Notes: generated by a model not told the origin, from the letters alone. A DNA stretch of 64,000 bases from Octopus vulgaris (GCA_951406725.2 OX597817.1:154814001-154878000), one strand, 5' to 3'; shown: positions 1 to 13,196, numbered from the stretch's first letter. Numbers and translations: made by a program.

Positions 1-322
1 ACACACACATTTACATTCATATAGACTCATAGATTCACAGTTACACCCACCACTTATAATATAAAATTCTTTTTTTATGTAATTTGGTATTTTTTTTGTA
101 AATATGGCAAGCCACGTTGGTAAATATCATGGCTAACAAATCAATGAATCAATAATTAATTAATTAATTAATCAATTAGTTAATTAATTAGTTAATTAAT
201 TAACACTAATAATGCAATCTACAACCAGTTGTGTGTTTTCATTAGCACAACGTTTGTTTGAAAGTTTCATATCAAGAATCCTGTGAGACACAAAAAAAAG
301 GCATGTGTATGTGCAAGCATGA

Positions 323-401
<79 letters not shown>

Positions 402-600
402 TGTGTGTTATGTTTGTATGTATGCATGCACTGGAACATAGAAATACTCAGGTTGGTGTCTGAAGGCAGTTAGCCCACTGGAAATAAAAGATCCCTGGTC
501 TTAGTCAGGGCATCTCTTTAGGAGAATACTAGGGTAAAGGGTAAAAACCCCTTTTGATCATGAATGACAATGAAATTGCACCTAGAAAGTTACCTCTGTT

Positions 601-659
<59 letters not shown>

Positions 660-2004
660 CCTCTCTCTTATTTTGTCTCTGCTCATAACATACACATGTG
701 TGTATGTGTGACACAGAATGGCCAACTGGTTTGGAACTTCATTGTACAATTGTCACATCCCACAGCCTAGGTTTGCATGGGAATAATGGTTTGGCAATTT
801 CAAGGATACACTCTACATCCCTGTTCAACTTTCTCTAGAGACTCCTGATTCACACAACTGTGCTTCTCAGTATAACCTAGAGCTTTCTAAAAAGCAAGCA
901 CCCATTCAACTAGGACACACAGTTGTTATTTTGGTCTTAGTGAGAAATGCACATATTGTAATGGCCAGATGGAGCCCTTAATGAGAAAACTGAGCTCTAC
1001 TTTTGCTAAGCAAGTATTGTTGTTGTTGGCATCCTTTTGTTTTGGGAGACAATGGAGTTGCACTTAAACTAATCCAGTCTGGTTTTTACATTTCATGTCC
1101 TCTCCAGTTTTATGCAGGCCTGGGCTAGATGTAAGAAAATCCTGGGTAGCCCAATCGTCAGGATTCCTCTCTCGACCTTGCTGACTTAGTCCAAAGAAGT
1201 GCAGAGCTTTTCGTTTGGCACCAGCTTGGTTGCAGGAGCTGCCGGAAGAGTGTCAAGTCGAACACTAAACTGCCTACAGGGCTCCACTCTGGATTTCTTT
1301 GAAGGTTGTCTCCTTTCCGTAACACTGGATAGGTGTCCATACCGGGTACTGTCAGCCAGAGCCAACTGAGCCCGGGACTCATGTCAGGCAGGGTCGTCAC
1401 TCCCTGAAGTAGTGAAGAAAATCACTACCCACTACCTAAGCACAAGTATTAACACTAGCTATTAATACTATCTCATAGGTTTGTACTTCACATATACCAA
1501 GCCTCTACTACTTTTCATTACATGAAATATGAGCTATTTTCCAACTACAGGATTAATTGCATGTTTTTAACTGTAAATATTTTCCAAAAACCTTTATTGA
1601 CACTTGAATAAACATTCCATATTTTTCCTAAAACTTTACTCTTAATACTAGAATCTCTTACCAGAACAAGGAAGACTACTTTTGTATGCTTCTCCATTAG
1701 TGGCCAGCGACCAATCCCACCTAGCTTTCAATGTACAGCAATCCTACTAAGTAGCATTCAGCAGTCAATATCAGTGAACATCTGTTAACAGTCATTACCA
1801 ATCAACAGCTACAAATCCCACCACAAAACCTGAACCAACCAATAAGAGGAAACCTTGTTCATCACTCAATGACAACCACCCTTGTCTAGAAGCTTTTGAA
1901 ATCTTTGTTACTCAGAAATAGAATGATTGGGAATGTTTTTCTTACTTCTGTGACTGCTCTTTCATCTGTGTGTGTCTGTGTATGTATATATATATATATA
2001 TTTT

Positions 2005-2410
2005 CTCTTTTTTTTTTTTACTTGTTTCAGTCATTTGACTGTGGCCATGCTGGAGCACCGCCTTTAATCGAGCAACTCGACCCCGGGACTTATTCTTTTG
2101 TAAGCCCAGTACTAATTCTATCAGTCTCTTTTGCCGAACCGCTAAGTAACGGGGACATAAACACACCAGCATCGGTTATCAAGCAATGCTAGGGTGACAA
2201 ACACAGGCACACAAACACACACACATACATATATAAATATACATATATATGACGGGCTTCTTTCAGTTTCTGTCTACCAAATCCACTCACAAGGCTTTGG
2301 TCAGTCCAAGGCTATAGTAGAAGACACTTGCCCAAGGTGCCACGCAGTGGGACTGAACCCGGAACCATGTGGTTGGTAAACAAACTACTTACCACACAAC
2401 CACTCCTGTA

Positions 2411-2412
<2 letters not shown>
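2005..2412 (-). mobile_element. SINE family B (tRNA-like head, internal (TA)n/(TG)n, AAAAGAGT-type tail)
   Basis: Family head GGAGTGGCTGTGTGGTAAG..GGTTCAGTCCC (A/B-box-like), tail ..ATGACTGAAACAAGTAAAA; more than 12 copies in window. Confidence 0.85.
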
Positions 2413-2457
<45 letters not shown>

Positions 2458-2555
2458 AATCCCCCAAAAATGAAGAACAAACACAAGAAAAAACAACAAT
2501 GCGAGGACGTGGTACATGCAAAGTATTAGCAGATGCTCAGGGAAGGAAAGAAAGG

Positions 2556-2595
2556 TAGTTTTTACGTTTTGAGCAGGCGCTCTTCATCAGAAACA
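2556..2595 (-). ncRNA. Minimal hammerhead ribozyme, degenerate (G12A)
   Basis: Minus strand GUUU-CUGAUGA-A-GAGC-GCCU-GCUC-AAAA-CG-UA^AAA. GAAA box reads AAAA, consistent with CpG decay. Lies in a ~220 bp insert (2454-2675) between TA tracts. Confidence 0.65.
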
Positions 2596-2744
2596 GGAGA
2601 CAGAGGGAAAGTCCAAGAGAAAAGGAAGACAGAAGAAAAGAATTGCCAACCATCCAAATGTGGTTGCATTTTGATGTGTATATATATACATATATATAGC
2701 CCCCTGCCCATTCAAAGTACCCTGGATCCCAGAACGTCCCGCTG

Positions 2745-3194
2745 TGCTTGAGGAGACACATGAACATGAACATCAAAATAAATATCAATGGAAATAGTAG
2801 TTGTGATACCTGTGCCGGTGGCACATAAAAAGCACCAACCGTACGTGGCCGTTGCCAGCACTGCCTCGACTGGCTTCTGTGCCGGTGACACATAAAAAGC
2901 ACCATCCAAACGTGGCCGTTGCCAGCACTGCCTTGGCTGGCTTCCGTTAAAAGCTCCAACTGATCGTGGCCTATGCCGGGCCCCCCTGGCACCTGTGCAA
3001 GTGGCACGTAAAAAGCATCCACTACACTCGCGGAGTGGTTGGCGTTAGGAAGGGCATCCAGCTGTAGAAACATTGCCAGATAAGACCGGAGCCTGGTGCA
3101 GCCTTCTGGCTTCCCAGACCCTGGTCGAACTGTCCAACCCGTGCTAGCACGGAAAACGGGCGTTAAACGATGATGATGATGATGATGATGATGA
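2745..3194 (+). mobile_element. Retroposon family D with tandem 5' units and (GAT)n tail
   Basis: Repeated gtggcacgtaaaagcacc-like units, then ggagtggttggcgttaggaagggcatccagc..aaacgatgatgat; same 3' part at 15556-15728 and 23190-23358. Confidence 0.75.
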
Positions 3195-3205
3195 TATAAA
3201 TATGA

Positions 3206-3248
<43 letters not shown>

Positions 3249-3603
3249 GAGAAAGATGAGAGATACATATACATTTGTGCATGGTGTATGTGTGTGCTTG
3301 TATACAAGCAAAAAAGAAGAGCACTTATTACATCAAGTAGAAATATATTTGTGCGCAGTTGGTCACTTATGCTCATTACTTAGAATTTCGTGCACATTAA
3401 AACATGTGTCCAATACATCAAATGTCCTTTATTTATAAGGACATTAGTGTTGAAGTGCAGAGATTTCTTAGTCATTGGTATGGTGACAAGTGTCAGTGAC
3501 TGCTTGTGTGAGGTATTGCAAATGACTATGAGAATGTAACATGCTAGTAGGAAAGCAACACAGTGAAAATAAGGCTTTGTCCTCTTGATAGTGTTTTCAG
3601 TGT

Positions 3604-3987
3604 GGAGGCGCAATGGCCCAGTGGTTAGGGCAGCGGACTCGCGGTCGTAGGATCGCGGTTTCGATTCCCAGACCGGGCGTTGTGAGTGTTTATTGAGCGA
3701 AAACACCTAAAAGCTCCACGAGGCTCCGGCAGGGGATGGTGGTGATCCCTGCTGTACTCTTTCACCACAACTTTCTCTCACTCTTACTTCCTGTTTCTGT
3801 TGTACCTGTATTTCAAAGGGCCGGCCTTGTCACTCTCTGTGTCACGCTGAATATCCCCGAGAACTACGTTAAGGGTGCACGTGTCTGTGGAGTGCTCAGC
3901 CACTTACACGTTAATTTCATGAGCAGGCTGTTCCATTGATTCGGATCAACCAGAACCCTCATCGTCGTAACCGACGGAGTGCTTCCA
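3604..3987 (+). mobile_element. tRNA-derived SINE family A
   Basis: A box TGGCCCAGTGG, B box GGTTTCGATTCC; 13-bp TSD gtgttttcagtgt at 3591-3603 and 3988-4000; six near-identical copies in window. Confidence 0.9.
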
Positions 3988-4215
3988 GTGTTTTCAGTGT
4001 TTGTTAGGATGAAATTGATCGAAGAGAAATGCTCATCTGTAACAGCAATGTAAATTATCATGTTTCTTTTTGTGAGATACCATGGACCACTTCAGAATAG
4101 AATATGCAGTTTTCAGAAAAGCAACGACTGAAATTACATAAACAGCTGGAATATAGAGGGATTTTATCAGAAGCAGTCCAAGATGTAGCTGAAAAATTAT
4201 GCTTCATGTCTTTAA

Positions 4216-4436
4216 CCCTTTTGTTACTGTATTTATTTTGAGATGCTCTGTGTTTCTTTTAATTACTTTGGATATAACTAAGAATTTAGTAAATTAACTT
4301 AGTTATCATTTAGCTAGTGTTAGGACCATAAATTGTGACTAAGGTTTGGTGGGAGATTTTAATGCAAAACTTATGAAAACAAGACATTTGTACTACAGAG
4401 CCAGAGCTGGTTTTGGTCGGGTTGGTAACGAAAGGG
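4216..4436. mobile_element. piggyBac-like MITE
   Basis: TTAA|CCCTTTTGTTAC ... GTAACGAAAGGG|TTAA: terminal inverted repeats with TTAA duplication. Confidence 0.8.
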
Positions 4437-4444
4437 TTAAGCTT

Positions 4445-6350
4445 CAAAATAAAATAAGATTAAAAAATTGGAGATTATTCTGCCTGTAGACTTAAACAAA
4501 TTCAGTGTTGTTTATACTGCTCGTGAATATCATTGGTAATAAGTCCCATGTATGTTTTGTTTTTTTTTGCATACCATCTGGTTGAGCGAATGTAGTTCTG
4601 TATTCCATATTTGGAGGGGAAAACAGACCACCCCAATGAGCCGTTTATTTGATTTCAGCAATTACATGTAGGTGACTTAGAGGCAGACACTGTGGAGATA
4701 TGTTTGCAGAAGATTTTGAGGTATTTGTGTCATCAGAAAATGGTACCTTGAGAGTGATGGAAAGTTCCTAGCAATATTTGCCTTGTCTAGATTGTGGAAG
4801 AAGAGTCAAACTATATTTCTTTTTATCTCCTGACTCTCTTTGGGTTTGGTGGAATGAAAGGTTCTCTGCATAAACTAACTTCTTACTGAAGTCATTCCTG
4901 GCTAAGAGTTCACTGAAGTAGGAGACTGCTGGCTACCCTTGGAAAATTTGCCTGCCTGAGGATAAATCAGGGAATCTTTTGCTTGTACCAGCCATTAGAT
5001 TCCTTATCATAACTGGAGATAAATGGAATTCTTATAGATATATACTGTCCCTTAATTTGTTTTTCTATAAGATGGTGCTTATCTGTTTTAAAATCTAGGA
5101 AATTTGCTATGGTTAGGCTGTTGGAAATAATAATATTTTCACCAAACTCTATACGCCTTTTGGGTTCTTTCAGAATTTACTTATGATGTGGTCATGTGTA
5201 AGACTGTCAAACCATCATCTCTGTACAAATATGAGGTGTGATAGAGGAGGTTTGCTTTCTGACAGTGTCAAGGATTAATGGATAAATTCCAATAAGGATG
5301 CCAAAAAGTAGTTCTCTTCCTCTTTTGTGATCCATTAGGTATGGTTATAATATGAAAATAACTTTCTGGTATTCATTACTCTTTTAATACTGAGGTCTTT
5401 GAGCATGGTATATTGTTTCCTGAAGTCAAGAGCTTTCAAACAGTGGATAAAAATCCACACTATCAAATTGGAAGAATTTGCAAGCAGCTTTCATTTTTAA
5501 TGACATGGAACCAATTGATAACAGCAGAGGTGCAATTCTGTTACTCTAGCATCATAGCACTTCTAATTCTAAGATTAATGGCATCAAGAATATACTTGCT
5601 AACTATGTTTAATTTACTGTGGGTGAGGTTTCATTGGTTTGTATTTGGGGTTGCAGACGAAATTAGAAATATAGTCCTTAAGGGTAATAGTGAGGGGGGT
5701 TTCATGGTAAGGTAGTCCATGCCATCTACCTTTTAACAAAGTCACTATTTCTTTTACTTTAATCCTGTATGGAATTGAATGTTGAGGGCTGATTATATTT
5801 TTTTTTTGTAAATATTGGTAATATTGTTCATTAGAGACCAATTGTGCATTGTGGTGTCTAATTAATATTTTTTGTTTTATCTGCATAAAAATGTATGCTG
5901 CTTTTTTCTTTTTAAATAAAAAGTTTTTAGGAAAAAAATTGGTACCATGCCAAAATCATATCCATTTCTTTTTCCATGTTAATGAAATCATATTTAAAAT
6001 TCTCAAGATCTTTCATCTGAGGATCACTTCAGGATTTGAGCCTGTATTTATCTGCAGGTGTTCCAGCAGTTTTACTCTTGAAGAAATAGACTTTTCTGTA
6101 TATCCACTTCAGCTCTCACTGATTAAATATCTTGCAAAACTAAATTTAAAATGTATGGTCCAGATTCATGTGTGTCTATCAACGAAATAATTTCTGATGT
6201 ATATTTAAGCATTCCAACTTACTATATTTCTTTATTAATGTAGTCTGAAGATGCTATTCACTATCTTTCTAATACAGTTAGTTATTCATTTGTCTGTTCG
6301 TTTGTTTTTTGTTTTGCTTTTAAGATTATTAGATTATTTTTTATTACTTC
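4445..6350 (-). pseudogene. Decayed Penelope-like element (RT + GIY-YIG relic)
   Basis: Minus-strand fragments: ITLKDYISNFVCNPK (~5690), SKYILDAINLRIR, VINWF, CKFFQFDSVDFYP (~5470), KALDF, LYRDDG (~5225), NFLD, TCNC (~4665), KTYMGL (~4550). Collinear with the 10.3-13.2 kb ORF; many stops and frameshifts; ends uncertain. Confidence 0.8.
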
Positions 6351-6506
6351 ATGAAAAATATGCAAGAAAATTCATTTATCAAAATATATAGATGTGTATG
6401 TATGTATATCATCATCATCATCATCATCGTTTAGCGTCCATATATATATATATATACATATATCTTTATTTCGGCTCAGAGCTGCAGCCATGCTGATGCA
6501 CTGTCG

Positions 6507-6670
<164 letters not shown>

Positions 6671-7611
6671 AATGGTGAGCTGGCAGAAACATTAGCCTGC
6701 TGGGCAAAATGCTTAGCAGTATTTCATCTGTCTTTACATTTTGTGTTCAAATTCTGCTGAGGTCGACTTTGCCTTTCATTCTTTCATGGTCAATAAATTT
6801 AGTTCATAACCAAGCTACTTACCACACAGCCACTCCTACGCCTATTTATCAAACAATATATTATTGTTTATGGCATATAGTGATCAGGATGTTGATAATT
6901 TGTTTTGTAACATCAAATATTGCCACAGACAGTATTACTGTCTCTTCAGACCTGCTCCTAGCCAGCATGTCTGAAGAGATGCCAATATTGTCAAGTGGAA
7001 AAGTAGCTAGCTGGCAGAATGCACAGCGGCATTTTGTCATTCTTCACATTCTGAGTTCAAATTTTGCCAAGGTCAGTTGTACCTTTCATCTTTTCGTAGT
7101 AGATAAAGTAGTACCAGTTGAACAATTTACCCTCTTTTTCGAAATTTCTGGTCTTGTGCCAAAATTTGAAACCAGTGTTGTCTTGTGGTAATATTGTATG
7201 ATGAAACTAATGGTAACATCCTGATCAGTTTTGTCATAATCAGTAATATATTGCTTAATGATATAAAGATGTATGTGTGAATGTGAGTGTGTGTGTGTGT
7301 GTCACTGAACTGACAAGACTATTTGATGCTGTTATACACCATTGATCACAATGCACTTCTTTGGATTGTTGCAGCTTTCAAATAGTGTCACTATGCCATA
7401 TATACATACATACATACATACATACATGCATACAGACACACACGCACATACACACACACACAAATATATATATATTTATATACACATATATATACATATA
7501 CACATATATATGTGAGTGTGTGTGTGTTTTAATATTTCACTAAGGCATTGCATCGTTGTGTGACTTGTGTGTATAAAAGAACACAAATCGCACAATCATG
7601 CCTGCATCTCA

Positions 7612-7696
<85 letters not shown>

Positions 7697-8134
7697 TATG
7701 TATGTATGTATGTATGTATGTATGTATCAGGGTATATATTTTGGGTGTGCTAGGTATGCACCGCACATCCATCGAAAATGGCAAATTCATTATGAATATT
7801 AACCTTACTTATTAATTTAATCACAAATCTTATTGGAAAACTTTTGTTATACCCCTGCTTGAAATTTGGTGGAACTGGGTGTGGCAGCACACCCATTACA
7901 ACAACCACCATATGTCACTGATATATATATATATATATAACACTACAAAATTAGAGAATGGAGAAACATACTTAAATCAGTAAAACATCAACTATCCGAT
8001 GATACTCAATCCATACTTTAATACACCATTACATATGAGTAAAGGCAATATATAAAATGAAATGAGATATACAGTAATAGTAAAAAGATAAAGAGATATA
8101 AGTAAAAAATTTCAAATATAATATGCAAATAAAT

Positions 8135-8250
8135 CAAAACTGACAGCTGTTTCGGCAGTGAGGACAGTCATACCTCATTTAACCTATAAGCCATAAAGGC
8201 AGGTATAAATGAGGCATTAACAAGGATGCCCCACGGCCTCTTCAGAGAAT
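8135..8250 (-). ncRNA. Type I hammerhead ribozyme with extended stem II (PLE-associated)
   Basis: Minus strand reads UUCU-CUGAAGA-[GGCCGUGGGG...CCUCACUGCC, 85 nt]-GAAA-CAGCUG-UC^AG. Core boxes intact, palindromic stem III ACAGCUGU, short imperfect stem I. Confidence 0.8.
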
Positions 8251-8586
8251 TAAATTAAATTTGTTATAATAGTGAAAAATATTATATAATCATATACATA
8301 TAAATATAAAAATATAAAAATGTAAAATATAAAAACTTATACATCATAATGCTACACTTATATAATATAATACACATTTGTACAAAAAAGGAAGGTAAAC
8401 AGAACAAAATAAAACAAAATATATAACAGTGTATATATTAATATTAATAAGTACCGATATTATACATATTTGGCTAATAGTTTTTTTTATAAAAAAAGGC
8501 TAACACATATGGAGATGAAAAATAATAATTAAATCCGTGGTACAGTTCATAAAATTCTAAAGCTATAAAAGTTAATAAAAATTACT

Positions 8587-8645
<59 letters not shown>

Positions 8646-10354
8646 TAATAAAAATAGATACAGTTAAGTTAGCACCAAGTCCATCCTTTCAAGATCGAAA
8701 TAACTATGAGTTAAGAAATGCTGACCACTAGGTAAAGAAAATTTAGATTAATTCGATTGGCTATTGGTTTGAAATTTAAATCACAAAAGAAAATTATACG
8801 GTTGGTTAGTCAGGGAACGCCAATATTCACACACGCATCTACAGATCAATCGCACATACACACATAGTTATATGTATATACATACACTTATACACATACA
8901 TAATCACAAGCAACAACTAGCACTTAGATAAACAAAAAGGGAAGCAACTATGCTAACATTTAGTCCTTCAAAATTATAACTGTGCCTCAATAACAAAAAA
9001 AGAACCATCCATGCATTCCATAAAATATTTAATTTAGATATAAATATATTTTTAAATATCAGTATGTTACTAATTCAGATAATTATTTCATGGGTAACTT
9101 AAAATTTATAACACCGGTTTGTTGCAGAGTAAACATACGGTTGTTAGGTTTATCGTAAGTTTGTTATGATTTTAAGTACGCTAAATTATAAAATATAAAA
9201 TATAAAATATATATTAATTTAAATATTATAAATAAGTCACTTATTAACTTAATAAATATAGTGCCATAATATACCAGTTTAGGCATTAAAGAATAGAAGG
9301 GGAAGTATTAATGTAAACGCTTATGAGAACATCACAGAAATTTTAAATAAATTTTATATTATAAAGACTTAAGATGAAAAGAGATAAAATAAATAAGAAG
9401 GAATAAATACGAAGGAATAAATACGGTTATACACATAATTATAAGTACAAACTAGTATATATGTATTCATATATTATTAAAATTAAATAAAAATAAATGA
9501 TAGATATGTATGTATAAAACTACCCCAGTATAAGTAAATAAGTAAAAAATAAATAGGTAACAAATTAGATGACTTGATATATATGTAAACATCTACACTT
9601 AAATAGGCAAATAAATAAATAAATAGAAGACTAGATGCAAAGATTGATAATATTACAATAAAATGGAAAATAAATAAAAAATAAATAAAGTGAATATATA
9701 TGTTATATTGTTGAAAGTAAATATGTATGGAAGGATAGTTTAAAGTACAGATCCAGAGGACTATAGATATAAACTAAATATATGAGGCTGGTAATAATTA
9801 TAAAGCAAAATGCATGTAAATGAGAAAATGAAAAAAATGAAAAAGGTTTATCAGTGAATAGCATAAGATACAAATTAAGGTGAGTACAAAAGACCAAATA
9901 TATAATAAAAACCTTCCAAATAAACACATACAAAAAACCTATAATCTCAACCTAAACCCACCAAACTCACAAAAGGCTCTCATATATTACATATTATACA
10001 ATATCATTACATTATCCAGAGCTAGGTATCTAACCAAGATATACATATATACTATGCAATATACTATGCAATATTGGAAAACTTCAAAAATCACACATTA
10101 CAAGGCAAATACCAAAATGAATATGTTATTTTATGTCATATTGCATTTCTCTTAAAAAACAAACAAAAACCCACATACAAAAAACAAGAAACCAATAATA
10201 CTAGACACATCCATTAATTATTATACAAATGTAGCTATAAAAATTATAAAATTATAAAATTTATAAATTGTATACTTTAGAATTATAGAAGACCACAGGT
10301 ATATTTAGTTAAAGAAGGGAATTAAAAAATTAATAATAGTGGAAGTGCTAAGTT

Positions 10355-13196
10355 CTATTTGAATCTAGAAAAGGTGAACGGTAGCCTATGAATACAAAAG
10401 AAGTTTTTTTCATTAATGTTGTTAATAATTTGCCGACCCGCTTTAATAATGAAGAAAATTTCATTAATACATAGAGAGCATTTTTTATTTTTTCCATTAT
10501 ACACAGGTGCTGAAGTTAGTATTTTCCAGTTTAATCTAAAATCTAAGTTCTTACTTTTAAGTTCCCAAATGTATGCACTTAGCCCTGTAGAGTACATTCT
10601 ATTTTTATTCCTAAAAGTATATCTATGATAATTCCATCTTTGTTTTATGGTATTCATAGTTGCCCCGATATACACCCTACTACTCAATTGTGTATCTACA
10701 GTGCATTGGTAAACTACCTCCTTCCTGAGGCATTGATTACCAAATACACATTTATTTTTATTTCTGCAATTACAAAGATTAACAGAATGAGGAAATCTAA
10801 GATTGGACACCACCCCTATACTACTATTCACATTATAAGTGTTACAATTGTTATCATCATCCAAACCCAAAATCAACGAATGAGTTAATTTCACATTATC
10901 GGCTATATTCCTATCACTAGTACTAGTATTGGTAGTAGTAGTATGATCTATTACATTTATATTATCTCTGACAGGTATGGTGCACTCATTATTAGTAAGG
11001 AGGTTGTTCCCATTTGTTCCAAGAAAGTTTCTATTCCTATTATTAATGAAGAGGGGCAAGTTTTCCTGGTCTAAATTCAATTTTCTATCCTTATAGAAGT
11101 GATCCAGTTTCTTGTTATTAAAAGAGGAGATAATGGTGGCTAGATTATGAGTAATGCTATATCCCACTCTAACAGTACCGTTGTTAATTAAAGGACTAAA
11201 TTTATTCCTATCCTTACCAAAATGCCTAAAAATAACATTATGCAAAGCTCTCACTATGTTTGTTTTAATCTGCATTGCATATGGGATAATCAACCAAAGA
11301 GTATCCTTATCAGAATTAGGATTGCCTATAGAATTAATGTTATTTGTAAAAATCCTATTCGTAGACCAACTCATAGGATTACTATTCTTACCACTGTCAT
11401 TGTTATATCTATCTATATCAATATTACCATGGTTATTGCGCAAGTAAACTTTACCATTATCATGTCTACCATAAGTTTTAATTCGTATATTATTATTAAT
11501 ATTACTACTATTACCCGTATGTTTAGATCTATTTGAGCTACCGTTCACCTTTCCAAGGTTAACGTCACTTCTACATTTATTATAGGTGTTATCATATATT
11601 CTATTTTTACTATTCTTATGTATATTGTTGATTATCCTAAATCTATTTGTGTTGTTCCTGATAGTTCTACCTCCATTAGGGGGTTCCCCTTAGGTATAAA
11701 CCAAATCTTACTTTTATATCCTGCCTTAAGCAATGCTGCATTGTATCTATCACAGTGTTTGTTAAAAATTTCCTCGTTTGAGGATAAACTAGAAATTCTC
11801 TGACTAATGCTACGCACTAGTGCATTTTTAATTTGAGGGGGGTGATTACTAGAACGGTTAATGTATATTAGGTTAGAATTAGGTTTAATATAGGGTTCAT
11901 GTAAACCATTAGTAATGTTACAATTAACATCTAAATAATTAGCAGAATAATTTTCACTTTCAATGATAATGGATAGGCCGAAGCTTTTAAAAATTTATTT
12001 ATTCTTTTTTTCAGAAGATCTAATCTCCTATTTGATGTATTCCTAACACAAAATAAGGCGTCATCCCTGTATAATCCACCTTTTAATTCAGGGAATTCCC
12101 TACTAAAGTTATCTAATAGATACATCCCAACTAGATCAGTCACCTCCGCTGAGTCCGGCAATCCCATTGTGATATCGAACAAGTTGGGTGTGTCCTTTCT
12201 AGCCCAAAGTTTATTATCAAACTCTATTAAAGTTTTCCTGGCTGTTAGTATAACCTTAATCTCCCCCATACTTAATTTAGTGTGTTTTCTAGCAAAAATT
12301 AAGGACTTATTTAATATAATAGGGTTAATGGAAGTGTAATAATTCTGTATATCGAATTGTATAAATTTATTTCTATTATAGCTAAAGTTGTTACTGTCAC
12401 AGACCTTAATGGCAGAAAACCAATCCAAAGCACCCTGAGTATTCTTCCAAAGGTTTAGTTTGATTTTATTGCGGATGGTGGGTAGATATTTATCTAGAAT
12501 GAGTTTACTTAGTCTGCCTAAGTCAGATTTAGTGGGGCAAATTAATCTGACCTGTGTGTTTCCAAGAAAATTCTCTTTATGATCCTTTAGTGTAATTCTC
12601 GGTCTAGATGGGGTGTAGGGTTCCGTTTTTTCTTCTAGGTAGTAGTCAAATATGATTTCTCTGATCTCCAGGTTCAGTTTTCTAAGTGTACTAGAAGGTA
12701 CTACTTTGTATTTCTTGGTTATTTCCTTGTGTAGAAGATCATGATATGCAGTAATGTCAATGTTGTAGATGTTGTTGGTTTTGTCAGAATGTGTTAGAAT
12801 GCCGCTCTTACCTTTGAGAGTTCTAATTAAGTCTTTCAATTCTCTTTGGTGCGGGTTATATCTTAAAGGATGATTTCTAAATTTTATGTTTTTTACAGTC
12901 TCCCATAGTTCTTGTTCAAAATTGTCTAGATGTATATTTGGTGGAGGAGACTTTCTAGATTTAAATGTAGTGCCTGTTAGTTTTAATATTTCTTCATAGG
13001 TGCTTCCAATTCTATTACGGATCGTTTCCCCAGTGTGTTGTTGGTTTATTTTATTATTATAGTTCTCATGGTGGAAAATCCTCCATCTGATCCTGTGGAT
13101 GAATTCATTCATTCTATAAATTAGTTCTTTAGTGTAATGGTCTTTGGTAGGGATAGGTACATCCTTCATTGATGAATTGATCAGTATTTTCTCCAT
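10355..13196 (-). CDS. PLE polyprotein: reverse transcriptase + GIY-YIG endonuclease (two 1-nt frameshifts; ~947 aa if repaired)
   Basis: N-terminus MEKILINSSMKDVPIP..RIRWR; SDKTNN; ITLKDHKENF..RLICPTKS; RT motifs FIQFDIQNYYTSI, FDITMG..DSAEVTDLVG, GLYRDDAL; after shift near 11989-11993 NYLDV..PYIKPN..YINRSSNHPP..RISSLSS; after shift near 11679-11683 Asn-rich linker, CNCRNKNKC..C, VVYQC..VYIGAT..KQRWNYH (GIY-YIG) and CSLCINE. Joins track ORFs 11931-13217, 11632-11817 and 10355-11548. Confidence 0.9.

Noticed and set aside
2194-2558. Recurring short ORFs such as YQIHSQGFG..PRCHAVGLNPEPCGW and MPKVPRSGTEPG
   Set aside because: Translations of SINE B copies, not a protein family.
3604-3676. tRNA gene
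   Set aside because: The A/B boxes belong to a SINE head repeated six times with a common body and TSDs.
10355-13196. Selenoprotein-type PLE (in-frame UGA as described for some Naiads)
   Set aside because: The repaired ORF has no in-frame TGA; the breaks are frameshifts. The TGA after CNC in the decayed copy (~4656) aligns to Arg and is best explained as decay.
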